Shown here: piece after piece, positions 50,201 through 62,429 of the stretch
Layout of the letters: every line of letters starts with the position of its first letter
Numbering within the stretch: position 1 is the first letter of the stretch
Assembly: GCA_002104905.1 (NCBI GenBank)
Contig: MCFE01000228.1
Location: 1 to 64,000, forward strand
Source of the DNA: Basidiobolus meristosporus CBS 931.73
Taxonomy: Eukaryota; Fungi; Basidiobolomycota
Direction: 5' to 3'
DNA: 64,000 nt
Translations under genes and position numbers: made by a program
Notes under the pieces: model-generated
Databases searched by the model: none
The model's input: the letters and a program-made list of their open reading frames with translations, nothing else
Told to the model about the DNA's origin: nothing

Positions 50201-50843
50201 GGGCTGGGTAATATGATATTTGAGTGAGGATTAAGAGGACCTACTAATTTCCATTGGGCTAGTCATTCGGTGGCTTCCTTACTAGCAAAGTTATAGAGGC
50301 GAATAGTGGTATATTCAAGCTTGGGATTGCAGTGGCCCCGGTGACCAATTGGAAGTATGTAGTTATGTTAATTTCCATTTCTTGGTAGAACAAGGTCTCT
50401 AACATTAATCTATCAGGTTCTATGGTAGGGATTTGTCTTGGATTGGTTGGCTTTGCAAACTTGTACTCAAATCATTTAGACTCCATATATACTGAACGGT
50501 ATATGAAGACGCCCAAGTTGAATCCTGAAGGCTACAAGTCAAGTGCAGTGAAAAATATGACTGGATTCCACAATGCGCAATTTCTATTAGTACATGGAAC
50601 GGGGGATGACAACGGTAAGAACCTCTGCATGTATCATTGAGAGTATCGAACTCATCTGGCTGTTCAGTACATTTTCAAAACTCTGCCTATCTTGTGGACG
50701 AATTGACTCGAAATGCCGTGCGAAATTATCGAGTTCAATTTTTCACCGACAGTGACCATTCGATTGTCAAAAACAATGCGCACCAGGAGATATATCACCT
50801 GATCGCTGAAACGCTGAATAATACATTTCAGGCCAGTCCGTGA
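47256..50843 (+). CDS. Dipeptidyl aminopeptidase IV (S9B, Dap2/Ste13-like), type II membrane protein; many short exons, start approximate
   Basis: N-terminal anchor [21 protein letters not shown]; propeller motifs [17 protein letters not shown] and RYPKPG; catalytic WGW|SFGG (split by an intron near 50208-50262), HGTGDDN|VHFQNS and FTDSDHSI. Confidence 0.92.
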
Positions 50844-51276
50844 TGTACTCTAGCCTCCACAGGGCTGAATAGGAAATTTCTAATTCGTAATGTGACCATC
50901 GTATATGCTATGATTTTGTTGGAAGATCTTTTGATTAAATTCTGGTGAATCTTGAGGATTATCTCAGGTATCTCTTCTCAAGGCGTTACATCTGTATTCA
51001 TATTTTCGCCTCTTTGTCAGCCTTCTCAAAGAGTGGGGCACAGGAGGTCTTATCTTTATGCTGCGATAAAGGGTGTTTCCTGGAAGGGAAAGGCACCGAG
51101 AGAGCCTTTGAGGCATATACAGATTGCGATGTGCACATTACACAACCATGGCATGAAACCTCATGGGTCCCCTGATTGGTCCATCCTCGCCTCTCGGAGA
51201 GGTGATTTCATAAGACTTGGTATATATATCCCCACAATCAAACATTAAGCCATTACTCTGTCTGATTTTCACCATA

Positions 51277-52560
51277 ATGGCAAACCCCGCATATACTCTT
51301 CGTGTTGGTTGCGGTAAGTTTTCACTGCCCCATTCCAAGTAGCAGTACTAACCAATACCTTTCTCGGAACTCCATACAGTTCCCGAGCACTTTAGTTGTC
51401 CACTTCATATTGCTCAGAAAGACGGATATTTTAAGCGTAGAAATGTCCAAGTGGAGCTCGTCTCGGTTCCAGGTACGTTCCAACCAAGCCATAAAATTTA
51501 ATACCACTGTTGGAACTCAACGAATGCGTGTCAATTCGTTTATAGAGGGTACTGGAAAGGTAACTACTAAAGTGAGTTTTGATTTAAGTTCTCCAACCAC
51601 CATAATCCCTTTCTGCTGTAGATGTTGGCTATGCTAAAAGATGGCTCCTTAGATATTGCTATGATGGTTGCTGAGGGAGTTACAGCCGGTATTTCGCTTG
51701 TGTGGCTTTTGCACTGTATCATATTAATGGCTGGTTTCTCTAGGTATTTCTAATGGTGCTGACCAAGTCAAGATCATTGGTACATATGTGGAATCCCCGC
51801 TTTGTGAGTATCAAAGCCCCCAGAGCATAAGCCACTATCAGAACTAACAAACAACATCTATCTAGGCTGGGCCATCTCCGCAGGCATTAACTCCAAGCAT
51901 ACCTCGGAAGATACCCTTAAAGACGGTACCATTGGCATTAGCAGAAATGGAAGCGGTAGTCATGTAATGAGCCTGTATTTGGCTGATACCAAGGGGTGGT
52001 TGAAGAGTGACCAACCTGTTCCATTGAGCTTTGAAATACTGAATAATATCGATGGGCTTATTGCTGGCGTAAATGACGGACGTGCAGATGCGTTCTTATG
52101 GGAAGTGTTCACGACCAAAGTAGGAAACTCGCATATTCTTACCTTATTATCGTCTTGTTGACCACTTTACTTTCAGCCTTACTACGACGCAGGAAAGGTG
52201 AAGAAGATTGGGCAGGTCGTACCGCCATGGCCGTCATTTTACATTGGGGCCAATGTTGATACGCTAAAGTCACATCAGCCAAGAGTTAAACAATTTCTTG
52301 AGGCCGTTAATGAAGCCACTCGTTGGTTCGTTGAACACAAAGAAACAGAATCAGTTGAATTCGTAAAGAAGCAACTCGGGTACCCTGAAGAAGATGTTAG
52401 AAACTGGTTTAAGACCGTATCCTACCCTGAAGATGTTGCTACAGTTTCGAAGAGCATCCTCATGGGATGTTCGGAAACTCTTAAGAAAGCATCAGCTATC
52501 AATGCAACAAAGCCTGTAGAGGAACTCTGTGATACAAACATTGTGCATTTTAGCGATTAG
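51277..52560 (+). CDS. Periplasmic-binding-fold protein of the NMT1/THI5/SsuA-like, Candida CA3427-like group; multi-exon
   Basis: Spliced MANPAYTLRVGC|VPEHFSCPLH...VP|EGTGK|MLAMLKDGSLDIA...IIGTYVESPL|CWAIS...IGISRNGSGSHVM...DAFLWEVFTTK|PYYDAGKVKKIGQVVPPWPSF. Confidence 0.8.
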
Positions 52561-54479
52561 ATGATATTTCAATTCTAGATCTCATCAAATAAACAACCCT
52601 AGCTACCACATCTGCATAGGTTTGGGCATTATGGATTGTACAGTGAAGCCACACGCTCAAGCTTCGCTCCAGCATGGGAGGATGCTCTATTGTTCACTCC
52701 GGTCTGTACTTTGCATACTCCTGTTGACCCTTTACAAGGTCAAATCTCTGACTGTTTCGCTCGCCACATCAGTCGCTCCGTTTTCGCTGACGCTACTTTG
52801 ATACAGCCTGCGATTCAGATTCGAGTTCTTCATTGTGGCTCTACAACTAGGACCAACGAAGTCATCCGCATCTAAGCAAACCATGATCTAAAAACGACTA
52901 GCCCTCCATCACGTAAACGGACATCATTGCATGCACCTCATTACTGTAAATCCCACATTGAATCAGCCTACAGAACTCAACACTCTTGACGTTGAATTCG
53001 AATCGGTGCCCTATTACATCATTGAAGCAATCAATCTTGGGGGATCTCCGGGTTGCCAGGAAATTACTCGCGTTCGCAAGATGGAAGTCACTCCATACGG
53101 CAAACATGTTTGAAACGAATCGAACGTCCACACCTGTATGCGCTGGCTCATAAGATCAGGGCCTTGCCTTTCAACCATGTGATGGTACATGCATCAATGA
53201 TGCCCTTCAATGGACTGCATTGACGTAATCCAAGAAACCTTCTGGACCAAGTATTCGCACAAGAATCTCTAGCCTTATTAAATTTAGTAACTGACTCATC
53301 TATACTAGATCCCCTTTCAAAGCTCCGCTTGAAATTCATTTCACTTGATCCTTCTTTGAGTCGGTGGATCAGACCACTCTGCATCTTGCTCAGAGATTCG
53401 GGGTGTCAACCTAATCAGTCAATTGGTGATGGCAGTTGTTCTCGAACCATGGTTGTTGATAGCTCACCTACTGGAGATGATTGGTATTCCCTTCTGTGTT
53501 CCGTCAATTCCTGTCGTTCCAAAACAAATGATTGAATGCCTATGCGGATTTGGGGATTGGTGACATAAATTGATCTCTATGAAGACGATTGGAATTTACC
53601 AAGTATCAGGTTTGTGCTGATAATCATCGGAAAATGTGCTCTAGATTTGCACTGGATGGTTTGTGTGGGTGCATCAGCATCATGTGCTAATCGCGGTAGT
53701 GGATATTACACGGACCAATATTGAAAGATCGGATCAAGGATGACCTGGAGGGCGGAAGAGTTGGGTGAAGATATCTACATGTGCCCGTTCAACGAAGAAA
53801 TTCGATCGAGATTATGGGAAATTGCCCAGCAGTTGGCGCATTGCTTTACCCTTGACAGTGGAGTCTGAGTGAAATGTGGGCACACTCAGGAAGGATCACA
53901 TTCAATGAGCCAACCTACGCATTCGCACCAGGATAATGGTAGCTTATGGACAAAGCAGTACAGGTTTGGTGGCCGATCAGTTCACAGCCATGTAATCCGC
54001 AATACCATGTAACAAATGTGGCTAGCATAAGCAGGACAGTGAGTAGTGTAATGGAAACTAATGTAGGTTTGAACGCAATTCTAGGATGTACCGCATAAAT
54101 CCGGCAAAGGGTTACTTACATCTGAACTCCAAGTATAGACCCATGTCGTCATCTGATTACAATTGATAGTCTTGTGCTACTCATCTACATCAAGTGGAAT
54201 AAATGTGCTACATGGTGATGTAATGTTTCGCATAATTAATGTCCTTAATTTTTGGCAAGCGTCAATGAATTCAATAGAGAGCACGATGCAAGTTTAAGGT
54301 ATTAAGAGCGGTCAGTATAGATCGAGTAGGTACTTATCGGTTCTCTAGATGGCTCACCAACCATGTCTAGTCGATACAATTCGATGAATAAGCATCGTGT
54401 ATAAAAAGGGATGGCTCCCTTAACAAATATCTAACTCGTATTGCTTTTCAAATTCAGTAGCGTAACTGCTATAACATCA

Positions 54480-56078
54480 ATGGACACAGCAGAATACGAT
54501 ACCGTGGACAAGTCTGATCGAAACAAATCACTTTCCTCATCAAAACCCTGCCTTGACCTTCTACGTCAATCCTCGTGCACCATAGAAGATTTACCATGCC
54601 AACGTGACGAAAATAAGGCTCACGATTATTCATCAAAGCCAAAAAAGAAGAGGCAGCAAGTGAAAAATGCATGCGGTAAGCATACTGTCTATTCGTTCAG
54701 TCGCCCACCTACTTCACGCATCCCTTCCTCCCTTCTTTCACCTCGAATCCCGCTCTAACCCAACAATCTTCCAGTCAACTGCCAGAAGGCTTGTAAGAAG
54801 TGTGACGAGGGTAGGCCCTGCTCACGGTGCATCAAGTATGGGCTAACAGATACATGTGCCGACTCGCCACGTAAAGCTCGAAAGAAGGGGGTAAAGAGGG
54901 GGCCATACAGACGCCGGAATGGCCAGGGAAGCTCAACAGAGGCCTACAAGTCAACGAGCCAAGACATACGCAGTGATGCTAACGCATCCTTGGATATCCA
55001 TCGTTCATCGGTGGTGGGCCTCGAAAGCACTTCCTCTTGCTCCAACTCCCGCGCTCACCCTCATTCTCAGCAACATCCCTACCTTCACTCACACCCACAC
55101 CCACACCCACACCGCCATTCCAACTCGCATACAACGAACAATATCACAACCAGCTCCGATCTCGGCACAAACACAAACACATACACAAGCACAACCACCA
55201 GCTCAACCAGAGCCATAGAGCCAAACACGCACACCTCATTCAACCCGTACTCCTCAGCCACATTCCGAGGTGTAAACAAGGGATCAGTATTCGCATCAGG
55301 CCAGGGCAAGGATGCCTCGTCACAACTCTCTTTGGTTCATCCTCTCGGCCCCAGGGATGCGTATGAGAACTTGGCCTTCCTGTCCTACCTGCGCCAGGGG
55401 GATCACGGCCCAAGGGGTGGATTGAGGCCTTTGGTAAATCCAAATCCTCAGGTGGACATTCTTCAGACCCCGCAATCGCGTCGGTTCTCAGTGGACCTTC
55501 CGGTGGCTCCGAGAGTGGGGATTGCTCCTCGGTCAAACTCGGTGGATCCCAATAGTCGCTATGGCCAAGACCCAGACCCAGGTCCAGGTCCCGACCAAGG
55601 CCGTGGCCAAGATCAGGGCCAGTGCTCGGATCCAGATCCAGATCCAGATCGATCAAGAAACAATCACAGAGGAGGGCTTACCATTGATATCCCAACACTG
55701 CCAGGCATCTCGGCCATTACGTCGCGAGTAAATCAGCCTTCGACACCAGCTCCAGTCCTTCCACCACTGAAGAATATCCCAGGAGGAAAGGTGAATCATG
55801 AGGATCTGAGGTGTGATCAGTATGAAGGCGAGGCAGAGAGGGCGAGGGCGTTGACAGATCACAAGGAATCGAAGCTGATAAGCGTGAGCAAGAATGTAAA
55901 CACGCCGTATAATTTGCCAATGGACTTTGGTATTCAATGGAGACCAGGCGTGTTCGCAGAAACCCTACTTCCTCCTATCATACATACCACATTAACACCA
56001 AATGACGACGAATTTAAGCCAGCCGCAGATTTCCTTATGCAACCAGTGAACTCGCTACAACATATTTTAAATTTTTAG
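54480..56078 (+). CDS. Zn(II)2Cys6 binuclear-cluster transcription factor, copy 1; intron 54676-54774
   Basis: KRQQVKNAC|VNCQKACKKCDEGRPCSRCIKYGLTDTCADSPRKARKKGVKRGPY, continuing in frame into the 54990-56078 low-complexity ORF. Confidence 0.9.
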
Positions 56079-58421
56079 TGTCATGTTATCATTGTACTGG
56101 CTGTTGATAGATTCGAATAGGAAGTAGATCCTTGTAACATCTTTGTATTTTATTTAATGTTGACTTATTTCAACCTTGTGTGTTTACAAATCATCAATTG
56201 AACGGGTTATGTGAGGCGCTCGACAAATACACATGAATTTAACTACATTGGATCATCATCAAAAAGCATATTGCCCCTCTCCAATGTACAGTCTAGCGTA
56301 TGATTTATGTCGGTAAGAAATCGGTCCATGAGGTGATTGGATACCAAACATGGTAGTTTGGCTCGTGTACACCAGTCTCAAAGGTTATCATCCAAACATA
56401 AAAATCGTTTGCATCACCGAGGGCAATGTGGACCATTTTGGTAATCGTGATTTTGCTTTGACGGAATCTCATTATCACGCACTGTTCGCGTGCTCATGAG
56501 GCACAATGCATGAAGGATCGTCCGAGAGCATTTTCATACTCACTCTCAACCCACGGTCTGCATATTGCACGTAATGTTCTCAATATATACATGATTTCTA
56601 TATCTTATTTTCGCCCAATGATTACACAACTGTAGCGTATCTAATTACATCTAGATCGGATCGACTTATTGGCACTGGGTATACATGAACTCTTCCAATA
56701 TAACATTAATTCTGGATTAAACAAATAATGTTTATCCTGGAAGAAATCACTGGCCGAATATCAGTAAGGCGTATGATGTTGAGGGCTGATATCACTATAG
56801 GCTTGACCTATGAGTTCAAACAGATGCTGACAGGATACTGCCGATTTTTACAATTGTGTACACGAGAATTCTCCAACATTAGCCTATTAACAGTTAGGTG
56901 TTTCCGGTCTGGTCCTGTTCTACATTACCAACGTGATATCATGAGTGGTACAAGTTATTAATATTGGCGGTTTTTAAGGCTCTTCATTTATGTGCCAACA
57001 ATAGAAATCTATACAATAAAACGACAAATGTTGCTGTTTACAACGAAATCAATATAACAAACCAATTGATAACAGCCGTTAGTGCAAATTATGGTTGGGG
57101 ATCAATAAGGATGTGTCCTGGTGCTAAGCTCTTACACTGGTAAATTATACGGCGTGTTTACATTCTTGCTCACGCTTATCAGCTTCGATTCCTTGTGATC
57201 TGTCAACGCCCTCGCCCTCTCTGCCTCGCCTTCATACTGATCACACCTCAGATCCTCATGATTCACCTTTCCTCCTGGGATATTCTTCAGTGGTGGAAGG
57301 ACTGGAGCTGGTGTCGAAGGCTGATTTACTCGCGACGTAATGGCCGAGATGCCTGGCAGTGTTGGGATATCAATGGTAAGCCCTCCTCTGTGATTGTTTC
57401 TTGATCGATCTGGATCTGGATCTGGATCCGAGCACTGGCCCTGATCTTGGCCACGGCCTTGGTCGGGACCTGGACCTGGACCTGGGTCTGGGTCTTGACC
57501 ATAGCGACTATTGGGATCCACCGAGTTTGACCGAGGAGCAATCCCCACTCTCGGAGCCACCGGAAGGTCCACTGAGAACCGACGCGATTGCGGGGTCTGA
57601 AGAATGTCCACCTGAGGATTTGGATTTACCAAAGGCCTCAATCCACCCCTTGGGCCGTGATCCCCCTGGCGCAGGTAGGACAGGAAGGCCAAGTTCTCAT
57701 ACGCATCCCTGGGGCCGAGAGGATGAACCAAAGAGAGTTGTGACGAGGCATCCTTGCCCTGGCCTGATGCGAATACTGATCCCTTGTTTACACCTCCGAA
57801 TGTGGCTGAGGAGTACGGGTTGAATGAGGTGTGCGTGTTTGGCTCTATGGCTCTGGTTGAGCTGGTGGTTATGCTTGTGTATGTGTATGTGTTTGTGTTT
57901 GTGCCGAGATCGGAGCTGGTTGTGATATTGTTCATTGTATGCGAGTTGGAATGGCGGTGTGGGTGTGGGTGTGGGTGTGAGTGAAGGTAGGGATGTTGCT
58001 GAGAATGAGGGTGAGCGCGGGAGTTGGAGCAAGAGGAAGTGCTTTCGAGGCCCACCACCGATGAACGATGGATATCCAAGGATGCGTTAGCATCACTGCG
58101 TATGTCTTGGCTCGTTGACTTGTAGGCCTCTGTTGAGCTTCCCTGGCCATTCCGGCGTCTGTATGGCCCCCTCTTTACCCCCTTCTTTCGAGCTTTACGT
58201 GGCGAGTCGGCACATGTATCTGTTAGCCCATACTTGGTGCACCGTGAGCAGGGTCTACCCTCGTCACACTTCTTACAAGCCTTCTGGCAGTTGACTGGAA
58301 GATTGTTGGGTTAGAGCGGGATTCGAGGTGAAAGAAGGGAGGAAGGGATGCGTGAAGTAGGTGGGCGACTGAACGAATAGACAATATGCTTACCGCATGC
58401 ATTTTTCACTTGCTGCCTCTT
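54648..58421. repeat. Long inverted repeat: arms 54648-55922 and 57135-58421, with a unique ~1.2 kb spacer
   Basis: Direct reverse-complement comparison shows only a handful of substitutions and two 6-bp indels (1275 vs 1287 bp). Confidence 0.95.
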
Positions 58422-58694
58422 TTTGGTTTTCGTCAAATAAATGTTTCCCGTTTCCAAGGTTCTTTCTTCTGTCTCGCAATTAGGTGAGTTTTGTGAAGTG
58501 AGTATCTTCCTTGGTTTAGCATATTTAGAACTCGTAAGTGAAGTGGGATCTGAAAGACTTTCATTATAATTATTCATCGCAAAGGTAATCACGTCTTCGG
58601 TACCGAGCATCCCTTTATATACAAAACTCGTGAAATCCACTACCGCCCTATTTACTAATGCAGTTTGTTCGGAATAAAATTGGTAAGGGAGCAT
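57132..58694 (-). CDS. Zn(II)2Cys6 transcription factor, inverted copy 2, with a different N-terminus and a C-terminus 47 aa shorter; start codon uncertain
   Basis: 57135-58421 is a near-identical reverse complement of 54648-55922, including the intron. The upstream frame is open to an ATG at 58694, and the stop TAA comes right after the homology ends. Confidence 0.75.
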
Positions 58695-61238
58695 ATGTAT
58701 GACATCATTTCTAAGGTAATGGTTTTACCGTTTTAAGGTTGGGTAAACGAGTGCTTTAAAGTGACGGTGCACTCCAACCTGTACATCCAAGTCAGAATTT
58801 CGTAATGAATTTCCCAGGAATTGTATTTTAGCCTAATGAACGCAACTACATTACATTGCTTCCACTTTTGTTTTCCGCTCGAATGAGCCATTACACTGCG
58901 CAACAGAGTGGGGCGTTTTAAGATGGAATTCGGGGTGTACCTAAGTCATCCCTAGATGGTTAGGCTATGCAGATCTCAGCCTCTTGGCCGTATTCAAAAG
59001 CAGCGCAAAAGAACAAACTACTCCTGCCACCATCAGAACGCTCTTGGCAGGCGCGAGTCTCCTGCTGTGCATAGGAATATATAGATACCAATCATGATTT
59101 CATATCTGCACCGACATTACCAAAAATGCACTCACGCGGGATTCGGAGACAAATAGTTAAGAACACAGTACACATAAAATAGCGCCATCGTGGCAACCTC
59201 CATGTATTACAGTGGAGCCGAGGTAGATTTTGATTTATCGAGAATCCCAAAAACACTCAAATACGGAAAGTGGCCCTACCACTAAAAATGGCCCGTTTCT
59301 CGTTTAATACGCATTATTACTATTACTTAGGTTATGGCACCTTGTCTGGATCGGGGGAATTAACGAGGCAATCAGATATTAGAGTATTCTCAATGGCTGA
59401 TCGCTGATCAGCAATGTTGTTTTAACCAGCTGAAAGTGAATAAACTAAATAATGTTTCTTCACTTCGTCTTATTGCAATTTTTGTGGGGCTTGCATGTAT
59501 ATTAGAAATACAACACATAGTTCAATCCAAAAAAGGAACCACCGAGTCTAGAAGTGGGTTCGTATTCCACGAGCAAAGCTGAAGTGCATACTTAACTGAG
59601 TAGTAATATACTATGGATTGAATATCCGGTGCCAACTATAACTTGGCAAGCTACTCTTCTGGTGATATGGAATGACAGGAAACAATCATGATAAATGGGC
59701 GTGTTTATCCTTTGCATGCATGTCTGGCATTACAAGGGCTCAACCTTTGGCTGCTCAACTGTCTAGTAAAGGATGCAAGATAGATCTGGAATTGTAGCTA
59801 CATAACACATAATTATCTCAAGCGAATACGATGTGAGGATTAGTCGCTTCTGGCCTGAACTCCGAGTATACACAGAAATTTCGACTTGCTCTCAACAATA
59901 TGGTGCTAAACGATGTAAAATTCTCCTTTGTTCACTACATTTCTTGTTATTTTGGGGTTGCAGAGTCTTACTTCTAATTGGAAGTGACACAAATATCACT
60001 AGGTGCTTTATGTCGACAGCTCAACAATTACACCCATTCGAACTGTTTGGTCTGGCCACATACTCATTTCTAGGCAGTCTCGACTGCATTACAAATCAAG
60101 ACTCACAATCACCCCTTTAAGTACCGTATAGGCTAGTTTTGTAATAACTTTCTGGGCTACGTTAGATTGAGGCTAGCTAGCCACCAGTCATAGATACACT
60201 TGTATTGCGACAACGTTGTAACTCAAACACATATTAGTAGAGCGAGGGATGCAACACCATTCGATAGTAACCATGCCTAGGAACAGTCCAACTCACTTGA
60301 TATTAAACCCCAGATACATCCATGCATCGTCGTGTTATTTTCCCAGTACCACTGAAGTATATTATGTTCTATATAGAACTGTGGTAAAAAATGCTTCTTT
60401 AATCGGCTTTATCTTGAGCACATCAATTCCTAAATTTATATCCTTTCACGAGCCTTTTGTGAGGTATTTACAATGCATAACAGCTAGTCACTAATTCTTA
60501 CGCATCACACATGCTATGATCGGATGGGAGCTCATGTGATCAGAGGTGAAGGTTTGTTCTATATATTCAAAATAAAAATTTGTATTACAATCTTAACGTC
60601 TTTCGCAGATATTGTTTTTATCTTCTCATATGGGTACCTCAAGATTAGAAGTTTTCAAGGTACTGGCAGTGAAGCGGCATCAGTGCTCCACCGTCTACAT
60701 TGTGGCTAACTCCCTATTTTCGTGTCGTTTTAGTTTGGCGTCTATGTCTTTTTCCCGGTCGCTGTGATGCTCTACTTCGGGCATCAACAATTCTACGACA
60801 AATACCTGGACGGCGTAAGTTTGATTCATACCCATTGGAGTGTACGACACCTGGCTTATTCATGGGGTGCTTTAGGTTTCTTTTTATCCCCCAGCTGAGA
60901 ATTGCAACGTACCAGCCAACAACAAAAAGGATTTACAGGAGCAGCTGGCTCAACTACGAGCTGAACGTCTTGCCAAGAAGAGGGCTAGTCATGCTAACGA
61001 GAGTGAGGAGAACTAGTTTCCACGGCACTGTCCAGAATAAAGATGTTTTATATGTTCCATGGCGTATGAACCATTAACTGGCTTTCACAGCCTTATTCAA
61101 GTATTGATTTATTTCCCTATGCGAAGTAGTGATCTGATGTGAAATGTATCGGCAATGAGACCAAAAAATTTTCGAGGACGATTTTTGAACCGGTGGGGTA
61201 GACAATGTCAGGATGGCTTGGAGGTCCTTTGATTACGG

Positions 61239-62429
61239 TCATACCTTCGGGATCAAATGGGCCTTCAATAGTTTTAGTCTTTGAAGCGCCGACTCGTATT
61301 GGTTGGGTACACTCTCTTGGCTGGTTTCGGCATCCACATTCGATCTGGTATCGATCCAAGAGAAGTCGTAACTTCCGTAGACCTCATCGGTGTAGGGAAC
61401 ACACACTAGATACTCAAGGATATCGGAAGCATATTTACGGCTGGTTGGCTTGGAGAGAGGTTGATATTTGGATTGTCTACTAGAGGTAAGGTTGGTTGGA
61501 TCCGAATAATCCAAAGCGGTCTCGTCCGAATACAGACAGTTGTTCAGGAAGTCAAGGACCTCCTGGCCATCCATGCGCGGGTCATGGTAGTCCCTATCAA
61601 TGGGTGTGTATGGCGAAGACGATGACTCCACGCTGGAGCTCAGCATGTCATGGTCTTTTGCAGGGCCATCCCGAAAAGCATCAACGTCACTATGCATGTG
61701 GGACGCATAGGTCTCATGCTTGAATTCCTTCTCCCAGTCATTCAATACCTCATCTAGTAGCGGATCCTCTTCGGACAGAGCATCTGCAGTCTGAGCCCCA
61801 AATAGCCTCTCGAATTCATGATACCACTTTTCATGGATATCACTGCGATTCTCCATTGAGTCGGGGGTTAAATGGCTAGGGAATTCGCGTGAGTGCAGCA
61901 GACTTAAAACATCTAAACCATCGTCCTCTGGGGCATGCCAGGTGTTTTCCACCTCGCGCGAAGCCTGCTCAAATTCGTCTATCCATTTCGTCGGTATCTC
62001 TCTCTCGGACAGCTGGGTGGGAACTAGTTCAGCGGGTAGTTGTTGCTCTAAAAACCCTAATATCTCTGTCCCATCGGTTTCCTCGCTGCGCCAAGTTTGA
62101 AAAGTGCTCTCGTGTCCCCCATTGAAGTGGATTTCGCTCGCTACGAAGTGAGGTCTTGTAGCCCCAGCATCATCCTTTTGCTCCAGCTCGTATAGAGTCC
62201 TCGTAGAGTCCACCGTCCCTGAACCAGCTGGGCTTTGCTTGCTGTTTGTAAACTGTTGCAAGCTATTGATTGTTGCATTGCTTATTGGCTGTGTGCCACT
62301 GCTAACATCTTTCGCAAGTGCCTTTGTAGATTCTTTGATGCGCTGCAATAGATTGTTCGGTTGCTGCTCTTCGGCTTTAGCTTTCCCCTTGCCAGATTTG
62401 CCGATTGGAGTGTGTTCTCTTTCTGTCAT
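61239..62429 (-). CDS. Hypothetical acidic fungal protein (~396 aa from MTERE)
   Basis: Long single ORF. DGLDVLSLL, DGQEVLDFL and a C-terminal ALQRLKLLKAHL resemble an uncharacterised fungal family. Three WxxEF pentapeptides. Confidence 0.75.
   Translation of the reverse strand: MTEREHTPIGKSGKGKAKAEEQQPNNLLQRIKESTKALAKDVSSGTQPISNATINSLQQFTNSKQSPAGSGTVDSTRTLYELEQKDDAGATRPHFVASEIHFNGGHESTFQTWRSEETDGTEILGFLEQQLPAELVPTQLSEREIPTKWIDEFEQASREVENTWHAPEDDGLDVLSLLHSREFPSHLTPDSMENRSDIHEKWYHEFERLFGAQTADALSEEDPLLDEVLNDWEKEFKHETYASHMHSDVDAFRDGPAKDHDMLSSSVESSSSPYTPIDRDYHDPRMDGQEVLDFLNNCLYSDETALDYSDPTNLTSSRQSKYQPLSKPTSRKYASDILEYLVCVPYTDEVYGSYDFSWIDTRSNVDAETSQESVPNQYESALQRLKLLKAHLIPKV

Noticed and set aside
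54919-58150. Several overlapping and antisense ORFs (e.g. 55037-55366, 55240-55656, 57401-57823, 57697-58032)
   Set aside because: These are shadow frames of GC-rich hexamer repeats in the TF gene, duplicated along with it, with no independent coding signal.
58500-61510. SDPTSLTSS (copy 2 TF N-terminus) vs SDPTNLTSS (61.2-62.4 kb protein)
   Set aside because: The codons differ at most third positions and there is no flanking similarity. Both lie in low-complexity Ser/Thr-rich sequence, so this is treated as coincidence.
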